64,000 nucleotides of DNA. Source: an uncultured Flavobacteriaceae bacterium (GTDB lineage: Bacteria; Bacteroidota; Bacteroidia; Flavobacteriales; Weeksellaceae). The notes below the pieces were generated by a model. The model did not search any database, was not told the origin of the DNA, and worked only from the letters and a program-made list of their open reading frames with translations. This document shows, one piece after another, positions 40,674 through 48,841 of this stretch. The stretch covers positions 203 to 64,202 of the forward strand of contig CAUSFO010000001.1 in NCBI GenBank assembly GCA_963530895.1, given 5' to 3'. Made by a program: the position numbers and the translations under genes. Every line of letters starts with the position of its first letter. Position 1 is the first letter of the stretch.

Positions 40674-41257
40674 TATTTTTTGTTCAAAACTTCTTCTGTA
40701 AAAACTTTTCTGCTCACAGCCTCGTAGCTGTCAGTTTCTCCTAATTGTACCAAATCATCACTCCCAGAGATTCTCATGGAATAATTCGCCAAGTTCCCTG
40801 TTTTCTTGCAGATGGCATGGACTTTCGTTACATATTCTGCCGTGGCCATCAGGTTGGGTATCGGCCCGAAAGGTCTTCCCATGTAGTCCATATCCAGCCC
40901 AGCAATCACCACACGAACGCCGTTGTTCGCCAGCTGATTGGCTATTTCTACAATGCTTTCATCGAAAAACTGCGCCTCATCTATGCCCACCACATCACAG
41001 TTAGACCCAAGGAGTAGAATCTCATCAGGAGTTTCTACGGGAGTGCTTTTTATTTTATTTTGGTTGTGGGAGACCACCTCTTCATCGGCATAGCGGTTGT
41101 CCAGCTTGGGTTTGAAGATTTCTACCTGCTGTCCAGCCATCTCTGCACGGCGGAGTCTTCTGATGAGTTCTTCGGTTTTTCCAGAAAACATAGAACCGCA
41201 GATAACCTCCATCCAGCCGCTTTGTTTGGCGTGATTGATTGTATTTTCTAAAAACAT
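40673..41257 (-). CDS. tdk: thymidine kinase
   Basis: 194 aa. P-loop GSMFSGKTEELI. The stop overlaps the murF/alr start by 1 nt (TAATG). Confidence 0.93.
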   Translation of the reverse strand: MFLENTINHAKQSGWMEVICGSMFSGKTEELIRRLRRAEMAGQQVEIFKPKLDNRYADEEVVSHNQNKIKSTPVETPDEILLLGSNCDVVGIDEAQFFDESIVEIANQLANNGVRVVIAGLDMDYMGRPFGPIPNLMATAEYVTKVHAICKKTGNLANYSMRISGSDDLVQLGETDSYEAVSRKVFTEEVLNKK

Positions 41258-41335
41258 TGTAAATTAGCCTTTTGATTTTGATGTAAAAAATTCAAAATTA
41301 AGACCCAAATTTAAACAATTTTAATAAAAGAATTT

Positions 41336-42010
41336 ATGAGCGGTATACTTTATTTTGTTCCTACGCCTATTGGCAATCTGGAAGATATGACTTTTCGGGC
41401 AGTAAAAATTTTGAAAGAAGTGGATTATATTCTTTGTGAAGATACGCGGACTTCGGGAATTTTACTCAAACATTTTGAAATTTCTAAACCATTGAAATCA
41501 TATCACTTACACAATGAACATCAAGCGACACTTAAAGTGATAGAAGACCTGAAAAACGGTCAGAACATCGCCATCATTACCGATGCAGGAACGCCTGGAA
41601 TTTCTGACCCTGGGTATCTGCTGGCAAAGGCATGTGCGGATAACGAGGTGGAAATGCAGTGTCTGCCTGGTGCTACGGCTTTCGTGCCAGCGCTGGTGGT
41701 TTCTGGGCTGCCTAATAATGAGTTTTTGTTCGTGGGATTTTTACCACAGAAAAAGGGAAGACAGACAAAACTAAAACAACTGGCGGAGGAGAAAAAAACG
41801 ATAGTTCTCTACGAAAGTCCGCACAAGATAAACACCACGCTGGAGCAGATAAAGGAGTTTTTTGGAGAGGGAACGAAAATCAGTCTTAGCCGAGAAATTT
41901 CCAAAAAATTTGAAGAAACCAAACGCGGAACCATAGAAGAACTTATAGAATTTTCCAAAAGTAAAACCCTGAAAGGCGAAATGGTTTTGGTGGTGAATAA
42001 CCAGATTTGA
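41336..42010 (+). CDS. rsmI: 16S rRNA (cytidine1402-2'-O)-methyltransferase
   Basis: 224 aa. LYFVPTPIGNLEDMTFRA...CEDTR...DAGTPGISDPG. Confidence 0.92.
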   Translation: MSGILYFVPTPIGNLEDMTFRAVKILKEVDYILCEDTRTSGILLKHFEISKPLKSYHLHNEHQATLKVIEDLKNGQNIAIITDAGTPGISDPGYLLAKACADNEVEMQCLPGATAFVPALVVSGLPNNEFLFVGFLPQKKGRQTKLKQLAEEKKTIVLYESPHKINTTLEQIKEFFGEGTKISLSREISKKFEETKRGTIEELIEFSKSKTLKGEMVLVVNNQI

Positions 42011-42048
42011 TGGATTTTAAATTTTTTAAAAATTGAGAAAAATATCAA

Positions 42049-42645
42049 ATGAACCAATTAAAATTAGAAAAACATAGCGGTAGAAAAATAAGTATTTTAT
42101 TGATAATAAAATTGTTAATTATATTGGTGTCAGTGTTAGGTTGTGTAAAAAATGAAATATATAAGGATAACATTGTGCCAGATATAAGTGTTAATGATAT
42201 AAAATTATCAGATACTGCTGCTGTAGTTTTGGGATATAGTGATTTGAAATACAATATTATAGAGGATAAGGAAGTATTGCCCTATGCTATTTTTACTAAT
42301 GAAAATAAAACTGAAATACTGAAACTTTATCTTTTCTATGGAACGAAAAGAAACGAATTTTACCAAGTAGAAATAAGTCCATATGATAAGAAAACTGTCC
42401 CAAATCCTACTAAATATAAAAACTTTTCCACGGAAAGCGGAATAAAATTAGGTATTTCTAAAAAAGATTTGATAAAGATAAAAGGAAATAATTTTGTAGA
42501 AACTAATCATGTTCTTCGGTATGAAATCTCGGATTATGAAAAGTCTCATTTTTTAGAAAAGTATAATTTGCCAATTTATTTTGCGGAATATACTTTTGAC
42601 CAAGATAAGCTGTGTAAAATTTATTTTGGTTTTGAGTATCTGTAG
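42049..42645 (+). CDS. hypothetical lipoprotein (AT-rich, accessory)
   Basis: 198 aa. Signal anchor plus lipobox (VSVLGC). About 26% GC in a hand-counted sample (42241-42360). Family not recognised. Confidence 0.5.
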   Translation: MNQLKLEKHSGRKISILLIIKLLIILVSVLGCVKNEIYKDNIVPDISVNDIKLSDTAAVVLGYSDLKYNIIEDKEVLPYAIFTNENKTEILKLYLFYGTKRNEFYQVEISPYDKKTVPNPTKYKNFSTESGIKLGISKKDLIKIKGNNFVETNHVLRYEISDYEKSHFLEKYNLPIYFAEYTFDQDKLCKIYFGFEYL

Positions 42646-42710
42646 GAGATTTATTTAAAGGAAAAGATTAGATATAAACGGCAGATATACCATATTTTAA
42701 GAAAAAAATG

Positions 42711-42718
42711 TATCTTTG
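42711..42718 (+). promoter_or_regulatory. -7 box (TAnnTTTG) upstream of the LemA-like cassette
   Basis: TATCTTTG lies 37 nt upstream of the ATG at 42756, inside a short inverted repeat ATGTA-N7-TACAT. Confidence 0.4.
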
Positions 42719-42755
42719 GTACATTAATAAAACAAAAACTATATATTAAAAAGTT

Positions 42756-43505
42756 ATGGCAAATTTGTTAGACGAAGTGACAGGACCTGTAAATAATTCA
42801 GGACGAGATGTACATGTGATAGATAGACAGCTGCCTGTCGAGATAGGCTTTGGCTCTACTCTTTTTCAGATAGCATTATGGGTTGTGATACCGATATTGG
42901 TACTATTGTATGTGCTGGTTATGGGCAGTACGCTGCAGAATCCTTTGCTTGTTGGTGGTGTGGGCTGTCTGCTGGGCATCTTGCCAGGTGTTATTTTCAT
43001 CTTTATGAAGATATCAGCTCGTAATTATTTCCAGCAGTTGGAACAACGCATTCAGGCGGAGACATCTAATATTGACAATTATTTGGAACAAAGAGTACAA
43101 ATCCTTCAGAATGTTGTAGGACTTGTTGAGCGGGCTGTTGATCTTGACAAAGATGTGATGAAAACAGTGGCAGCACTTCGCAGCGGTAGTGTAAATGAGG
43201 ACAACAGAAGTGATGTGAACGCAGAGATTAACACAGCTTTCGGTAGACTTTTCCCACAGGTAGAGGCTTACCCAGAATTAAAGGCACACAACGCCATTGC
43301 AGATGCGATGCAGCAGAACAGCTACCTACAGCGCGAGATAACAGCAGCGCGAACTGTGTATAACAGCCGTGTAACGCAGTGGAACACAGACATTTTCTCA
43401 TGGCCTACAAAAATGATTGTAGCAGCACAGCAGGGCTACACCACGCGTATACCATTTACAGCATCAGCCGAAACACGCGAGGCAGCAAGAGGTAAATTCT
43501 TCTAA
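42756..43505 (+). CDS. lemA: LemA family protein, atypical two-TM form
   Basis: 249 aa. LemA hallmarks EAYPELKA and ARTVYNSRVTQWNTDIFSWP. Two N-terminal hydrophobic helices (about aa 34-58 and 63-86) instead of the usual single anchor. Elevated GC and CGN Arg codons. Confidence 0.8.
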   Translation: MANLLDEVTGPVNNSGRDVHVIDRQLPVEIGFGSTLFQIALWVVIPILVLLYVLVMGSTLQNPLLVGGVGCLLGILPGVIFIFMKISARNYFQQLEQRIQAETSNIDNYLEQRVQILQNVVGLVERAVDLDKDVMKTVAALRSGSVNEDNRSDVNAEINTAFGRLFPQVEAYPELKAHNAIADAMQQNSYLQREITAARTVYNSRVTQWNTDIFSWPTKMIVAAQQGYTTRIPFTASAETREAARGKFF

Positions 43506-43520
43506 GACTTTGGAATATAG

Positions 43521-45251
43521 ATGATTCAGGATATCTATGACCCATTAAACGAATACATCAATACCTTTCGGGACAAGTTTAAGAAGGTGGCGGAAGAAAC
43601 CTTCGATGCGCTTGCTCAGGAAGCACAGGTTGATGTAGAAGAGAATCGTGCTACATGCCAGCAGATTTATAAAGGCGAGGCAGATATAGCAGATATAGGA
43701 AGCCGCATCACACGATGGACAGTATTATGTGTCATCCTGTGGATAGGTGCGGTGATAGGACTTGTTGTTGTCTATGTTAAGAGGAATGAGTTTCCGATGG
43801 AACAGCTCTTGTTAATAGGTGGCGGCTCAGTCTTGGCTGTTGTCTTTCTTTTGGTAAAGGTACATCCTACCTTGAAGTCTTTACGAAGTGAGCGAAATGA
43901 TTTAGCCCAAAAAGTAGATGATTTGAGAAATACAGCTTGGAACCAAATGGCTGAACTAAATAAACTCTACGACTGGGATATTTTGACACGAATGATGTCC
44001 AAAACAGTGCCAAGGCTGGAGTTTGACCCATATTTCACCATACAGCGATTGGCTGACCTTCGTGCTACATACGGCTGGAATGATTCCTTTAATGCAGGGC
44101 GTTCGGTGCTTTATTCCCATTCTGGACTTATCAATGGTAATCCGTTTGTCATTTGTAGAACACGAAAAATGGAAATGGGACAGAAGACCTACTACGGCGA
44201 GAAAACCATTTACTGGACGACAAGGGAAACTGATTCGGATGGGAAATCCCGCACTGTGAGTCATTCAGAGACATTGCGTGCGAGTGTGACAGCGCCTTAT
44301 CCAGAGTATTATGAGCGTACCCGCCTTATCTATGGTAATACAGCTGCGCCCGATTTGATATTTAATCGCAAGCCAAGTGGATTGGCAGGTAAGGAAGGTT
44401 CGCTTCGCTTTAAATGGGATAAATTCTGGCTAAAGCGTAAAGCTCGTAATCTGACAGATGGAGACTTTGCCATGCTGACGAATGAGGAATTTGAGGTCGC
44501 ATTCAATACAAGTAACCGTAATAACAACCAGCAGTTCGCCTTACTCTTCACGCCATTGGCACAGCAGAGTATGATGGCGCTTTTGCAGGACAATACCAAT
44601 GGCTATGGTGATGATTTTAACTTTGATAAAAATCGTATGATAAACACCATCACGCCTTTGCATATACAAGAGCTGGATCTTGACATGAATCCAGATCAGT
44701 ATTGTAATTTTGATTTTGAAAGAGCCAAGAAAGACTTTTACGAAATTAATGCAAGATATTTCCGAGCGATTTATTTTAGTTTTGCGCCGTTATTATGTGT
44801 GCCGATGTATCAGCAGATACGGTCGCATAAGGATATTTATGGGCGTGATATGGAGCAGAGAAGTTCGTTTTGGGAGCATGAAGCACTGGCTAATTTCTGG
44901 GGGCAGGAGCGTTTCAGACATCCTGACTGCGTGACACAGTGTGTCTTGAAAACTTCCGCAAAGGTACAGAACGATGGTAGCACGATGATAGATGTCACGG
45001 CTCATGGTTTCCGTTCAGAACCTCGCCTTTCGTATATTAGTAAGTTTGGTGGTGATGGCTCTTGGCATGATGTGCCAGTGAACTGGTATGAGTATTTTTC
45101 TGTAGAGGGAAATGGACAGATTACGATACATGAAGATAATCACCAAGAAGATACAGATACGACACAGACCCAGCGTTTGAACCGCATCGGAGAGGTACTA
45201 GAAAAAACACACTTAGATGTGTATAGAAGGCATATAGCATCTAAAGCGTAG
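43521..45251 (+). CDS. hypothetical two-TM membrane protein, 576 aa, family not recognised
   Basis: Starts 15 nt after the lemA-like stop. Long uninterrupted ORF with the same elevated GC and CGN codon style. TM hairpin at about aa 75-125 (43743-43895) and a C-terminal region of about 450 aa with no motif I recognise. Confidence 0.7.
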   Translation: MIQDIYDPLNEYINTFRDKFKKVAEETFDALAQEAQVDVEENRATCQQIYKGEADIADIGSRITRWTVLCVILWIGAVIGLVVVYVKRNEFPMEQLLLIGGGSVLAVVFLLVKVHPTLKSLRSERNDLAQKVDDLRNTAWNQMAELNKLYDWDILTRMMSKTVPRLEFDPYFTIQRLADLRATYGWNDSFNAGRSVLYSHSGLINGNPFVICRTRKMEMGQKTYYGEKTIYWTTRETDSDGKSRTVSHSETLRASVTAPYPEYYERTRLIYGNTAAPDLIFNRKPSGLAGKEGSLRFKWDKFWLKRKARNLTDGDFAMLTNEEFEVAFNTSNRNNNQQFALLFTPLAQQSMMALLQDNTNGYGDDFNFDKNRMINTITPLHIQELDLDMNPDQYCNFDFERAKKDFYEINARYFRAIYFSFAPLLCVPMYQQIRSHKDIYGRDMEQRSSFWEHEALANFWGQERFRHPDCVTQCVLKTSAKVQNDGSTMIDVTAHGFRSEPRLSYISKFGGDGSWHDVPVNWYEYFSVEGNGQITIHEDNHQEDTDTTQTQRLNRIGEVLEKTHLDVYRRHIASKA

Positions 45252-45255
45252 TCAT

Positions 45256-45498
45256 ATGGAATTCCCTAAAATTAAAAAATCAGAATATGCTGTTTTGATG
45301 GCAGATAGCAACACAGGAGTTGTATTAGATATATATTTTGATATTTACTATAAGAGTAGTAATCAGATTGCATATAAAGTATTTTCAAGTCTTGATGAAG
45401 TAGAAGAATTTATAAAAGAAACCCTCAGACAAAAAGAAAATATTGAGTTCATTGTGTATGATAATAATGAAAATGTAGTGAGACTCGAACAAAATTGA
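45256..45498 (+). CDS. hypothetical small protein (80 aa)
   Basis: The ATG is 4 nt after the stop of the 576-aa gene. AT-rich. No recognised motif. Confidence 0.4.
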   Translation: MEFPKIKKSEYAVLMADSNTGVVLDIYFDIYYKSSNQIAYKVFSSLDEVEEFIKETLRQKENIEFIVYDNNENVVRLEQN

Positions 45499-45746
45499 TT
45501 ATAGTTGAGTATGAATTTATATTATGCTCCTCATTTCATTATTATTAAAAAAACAGCAGCAAAACCTTAAGATTATTCAAAATAAATTATCTCACTTTGA
45601 TAGGATTTTGGTGGTAAATAAAAAGATATGATGAATTTATATAGTTTATTTTTAAAATAAAATTGAATAATGAAAAATAAGTAAGAGAAAGTAAAATAAA
45701 AATTAAAAAATATAAGGAATGAACAACTTAATTAAATTTAAAATAA

Positions 45747-45754
45747 TACTTTTG
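45747..45754 (+). promoter_or_regulatory. -7 box (TAnnTTTG) upstream of the 205-aa lipoprotein gene
   Basis: TACTTTTG lies 11 nt upstream of the ATG at 45766. Confidence 0.35.
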
Positions 45755-45765
45755 TAAAAAAATCT

Positions 45766-46383
45766 ATGAGAAAAAATTTTTATATTATCACTTTAGGTTT
45801 TATATTAACTTCTTGCTTTGTTTCAAATGAAAATAGTTTGAAATCTGTTCAAGATTATTCAACAGAAAATGTAAATATAAAATCAAATAAAGTTGTAGAT
45901 GCAGAAATTATATTTGTAAATGGAGAGAAAGTAAAAACTAAATTACAAGCATTAAAGTCGGTTGATGGTAGCTTGGACGAAGCTTCTATAACACAATATT
46001 TTGCGATTTATGATAAAAATGGGAAAAGAAATTTTTTGACTAATAAAGTAGTAAAGGAAATGAGAATTTTGGATTATGCTAATGAGGAAAGAATTTTTGT
46101 AAATAGATCAAATTACCCAAATGCTTTGCAAGAATTAGTATATGATGGAAGAATAAAATGGTATGTAGAATATACTTTTAAAGGATTAGGAGATAAAAAA
46201 ATAGTAAATTATTTTGTTGATGAAGAGGCGAGGAGAGAGGTTCGATGGGATCAATATGATTTTAGAAAGAAATTTAAAGAATTTACAAATTCAAATATAG
46301 AAGTTTTGGAAGATATTCAAAAAGTAGATAAAAATAATAAATTAGAAATAATAAAGATTCTAAGGAAGTATGAAAATTTATAA
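45766..46383 (+). CDS. hypothetical lipoprotein
   Basis: 205 aa. Signal plus lipobox (FILTSCF). Family not recognised. Confidence 0.55.
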   Translation: MRKNFYIITLGFILTSCFVSNENSLKSVQDYSTENVNIKSNKVVDAEIIFVNGEKVKTKLQALKSVDGSLDEASITQYFAIYDKNGKRNFLTNKVVKEMRILDYANEERIFVNRSNYPNALQELVYDGRIKWYVEYTFKGLGDKKIVNYFVDEEARREVRWDQYDFRKKFKEFTNSNIEVLEDIQKVDKNNKLEIIKILRKYENL

Positions 46384-46395
46384 AATAATAAGAAT

Positions 46396-47139
46396 ATGAA
46401 ATTATTGGAAGGAAAAGTAGCCCTCATCACAGGTGCGGCTACAGGTATCGGAAAAAGAATAGCAGAAGTTTTCGCAGAGCAGGGAGCTAAAATAGCGTTC
46501 TCTCACATCGGTCCAGATGACTTAGCAAAGCAAGTAGAAGCAGACCTGAATAAAATTACCACAGCCAAAGAATACCACTCTAATGCTGCTGATTTTGATG
46601 AAGCTCAAAAACTGATAGATGATGTTATCGCAGACTTTGGACAGATAGATATCCTTGTGAATAATGCAGGAATTACCCGAGACAATCTTCTCCTTAGAAT
46701 GAGCAAAGAGGAGTGGGACATCATCATGAAAGTGAATTTGGATTCTGTTTTCAACCTTACAAAAGCAGCCATCAAACCTATGATGAAAGCAAGAACAGGG
46801 TCTATTATCAACATGGCTTCTGTAGTAGGTGTTAAAGGAAACGCAGGACAGGCAAACTACGCAGCATCTAAGGCTGGTGTTATCGGATTTTCTAAATCTG
46901 TTGCTTTGGAATTAGGTTCTAGAAATATCCGTTGTAACGCTGTGGCGCCAGGTTTCATAGAAACAGAAATGACAGCGAAACTAAGCCCAGAAGTGGTACA
47001 AGGCTGGAGAGATGCTATCCCGTTAAAGAGAGGAGGGCAGACTACCGATGTAGCCAATACATGCTTATTCTTGGCGAGTGACTTGTCTTCTTATGTTACA
47101 GGGCAGGTTATCAATGTAGATGGCGGTATGCTTACTTAA
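46396..47139 (+). CDS. fabG: 3-oxoacyl-[acyl-carrier-protein] reductase
   Basis: 247 aa. TGAATGIG, NNAGITRD and the YAASKAG catalytic motif. Confidence 0.93.
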   Translation: MKLLEGKVALITGAATGIGKRIAEVFAEQGAKIAFSHIGPDDLAKQVEADLNKITTAKEYHSNAADFDEAQKLIDDVIADFGQIDILVNNAGITRDNLLLRMSKEEWDIIMKVNLDSVFNLTKAAIKPMMKARTGSIINMASVVGVKGNAGQANYAASKAGVIGFSKSVALELGSRNIRCNAVAPGFIETEMTAKLSPEVVQGWRDAIPLKRGGQTTDVANTCLFLASDLSSYVTGQVINVDGGMLT

Positions 47140-47147
47140 AATATTAC

Positions 47148-47177
47148 AAAAGACTTTCTTCATGAAAGTCTTTTTTC
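47148..47177 (+). terminator. rho-independent terminator after fabG
   Basis: AGACTTTC (47151-47158) / GAAAGTCT (47164-47171), followed by a T-run. Confidence 0.65.
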
Positions 47178-47200
47178 GTTTTAACTAAAAAATAAACACA

Positions 47201-47557
47201 ATGAAAAAATATGATAACTTTTTTATTCCAGTTGATGACTTGGAAATGGCAAAAAAATATTATGAAAATAACTTAGGATTAAAAGTAAAGTTTGATTTTT
47301 CGGATATGGGAATGGTAGCATTCAGTGTTGATGGTGAAGAAGCGGCAATAATATTAAAAGATAAAAACAAATTTAAAGACTTGAAACAGACAATATGGTT
47401 TGAAGTAGATGATGTAAATCGTAAATATCAGCAAATGAAAGAAGGCGGAATTAAATTTTTATCAGAACCTTTCAGAATAAGAACAGGATATGCTGTTGAG
47501 TTTGAAGATCCGTTTGGAAATAGATTTGGAATAACGGATTATTCTGTAGAAGAATAG
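47201..47557 (+). CDS. VOC (glyoxalase/bleomycin-resistance) family protein
   Basis: 118 aa. Paired beta-alpha-beta-beta-beta pattern and a C-terminal VEFEDPFGNRFGI. Confidence 0.75.
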   Translation: MKKYDNFFIPVDDLEMAKKYYENNLGLKVKFDFSDMGMVAFSVDGEEAAIILKDKNKFKDLKQTIWFEVDDVNRKYQQMKEGGIKFLSEPFRIRTGYAVEFEDPFGNRFGITDYSVEE

Positions 47558-47653
47558 ATATTTAATGAAAAATATTCAGATTATTCTGGGTGTTTTTTAT
47601 TTAAAATATAATGAAAGTTCATTTTTTTCGTTCTAAATAGAAAATCAAACATA

Positions 47654-48322
47654 ATGAAAAATTTATTATCAGGAATTTTATTCCTTTTCGGTGTGGCGTG
47701 CTCTTTTGCACAGAATGACAGAGAAGTTGGCGATTTTACTTCTCTAAAAGTCTATGACAGGATTTCCGTAGAGCTTATAGAATCCAGAAAAAATAAAGTG
47801 GAAATCATAGGCGACGGCAGTTCTAAAATCCAAGTAATCAATAAAAACGGAGAACTAAAAATCCGTACCAAAACCATGAAACTCCTGCAGGGAGATGATG
47901 TTAAAGTAAAGGTTTATTACAATGACCTTAGTGATATTCAGGCAAGTCAAGGTTCGGAAATCACTTCTAATGATGTATTGAAAGCCAATCTGCTCAAAAT
48001 CACTTCTAATGAAGGTTCTAAAATCCAAATGAAAGTAGATGTAAAACAGCTGAATGTAAGAGGAAACTCTGGCGGCGAAGTAGAACTTTCAGGGAATGCA
48101 GATATTCAGGAAATCGTGATGAACTCTGGTGCAAAATACAAAGGCGATGATAACGAGGGCGAAAATGTTTCTGTAACTGTAAACGCAGGCGGAAATGCTG
48201 AAGTCTATGCTTCCAAAGCTGTAAATGCCACCGTGAGAGCAGGCGGAAGAATAGAAATCCACGGAAACCCAAAACAAAGAGATGTAAAAAAAGTAGTTGG
48301 CGGAGTTATAGAGTTTAAATAA
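47654..48322 (+). CDS. DUF2807 / head-GIN-domain beta-helix protein
   Basis: 222 aa. Signal peptide, then repetitive G-x-(S/G)-x-(I/V) rungs (GDGSSKIQV, SQGSEITS, NEGSKIQM, NSGGEVEL, NSGAKYKG, NAGGNAEV, RAGGRIEI). Confidence 0.65.
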   Translation: MKNLLSGILFLFGVACSFAQNDREVGDFTSLKVYDRISVELIESRKNKVEIIGDGSSKIQVINKNGELKIRTKTMKLLQGDDVKVKVYYNDLSDIQASQGSEITSNDVLKANLLKITSNEGSKIQMKVDVKQLNVRGNSGGEVELSGNADIQEIVMNSGAKYKGDDNEGENVSVTVNAGGNAEVYASKAVNATVRAGGRIEIHGNPKQRDVKKVVGGVIEFK

Positions 48323-48330
48323 AAATTAAG

Positions 48331-48359
48331 CACCCAGATTATATTCTGGGTGTTTTTTT
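48331..48359. terminator. rho-independent terminator between convergent genes
   Basis: CACCCAGA-TTATAT-TCTGGGTG followed by T7. The T-run overlaps the rnhA stop codon. Confidence 0.65.
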
Positions 48360-48837
48360 ATTCCGAAAAAAGATTTTCTTCTTCCTTTTCGAAGAAAGTA
48401 TCTATCAGTAGATTTTCTTTTTGTGATGCTGCTACAGCGAGCTGGTCGGCTCTTTCGTTTTGTGGATGTCCTGCGTGGCCTTTTATCCAGTGGAAAGTAG
48501 GTTTATACTTGCTGAAAAGTGGAATGAATCTTCGCCACAAGTCAGGATTTTTTACATTTTTAAAGCCTTTTTTTATCCAGCCAAGAATCCAGTTCTTATT
48601 CACTGCATCGGCTACATATTTACTATCAGTAAAGATATGAATATCATGTCCTTCTTCTTTGAGGTTTTCCAGAGCTGTGATTACAGCGAGAAGTTCCATG
48701 CGGTTGTTGGTTGTCAGCCGATACCCTTCCGAAAAGCATTTTTCATAGTTTTTCTCTGGTGCTTGCATAATAATGCCATAGCCGCCTTTCCCAGGGTTGC
48801 CGCTGCACGCACCATCGGTATAGATTTCTATCTTCAT
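48358..48837 (-). CDS. rnhA: ribonuclease HI
   Basis: MKIEIYTDGACSGNPG...TTNNRMEL...GHAGHPQNERAD. Start trimmed to 48837, which avoids overlap with the dnaB end at 48842. Confidence 0.92.
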   Translation of the reverse strand: MKIEIYTDGACSGNPGKGGYGIIMQAPEKNYEKCFSEGYRLTTNNRMELLAVITALENLKEEGHDIHIFTDSKYVADAVNKNWILGWIKKGFKNVKNPDLWRRFIPLFSKYKPTFHWIKGHAGHPQNERADQLAVAASQKENLLIDTFFEKEEENLFSE

Positions 48838-48841
48838 GTTT

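Noticed and set aside
42646-45765. Mobile-element borders (direct or inverted repeats, att sites, integrase, transposase) around the LemA-like cassette
   Set aside because: I found only trivial AT-rich similarities (for example ATTAAAAA on both sides) and no recombinase gene or tRNA. The cassette is reported as compositionally foreign but not as a mobile element.
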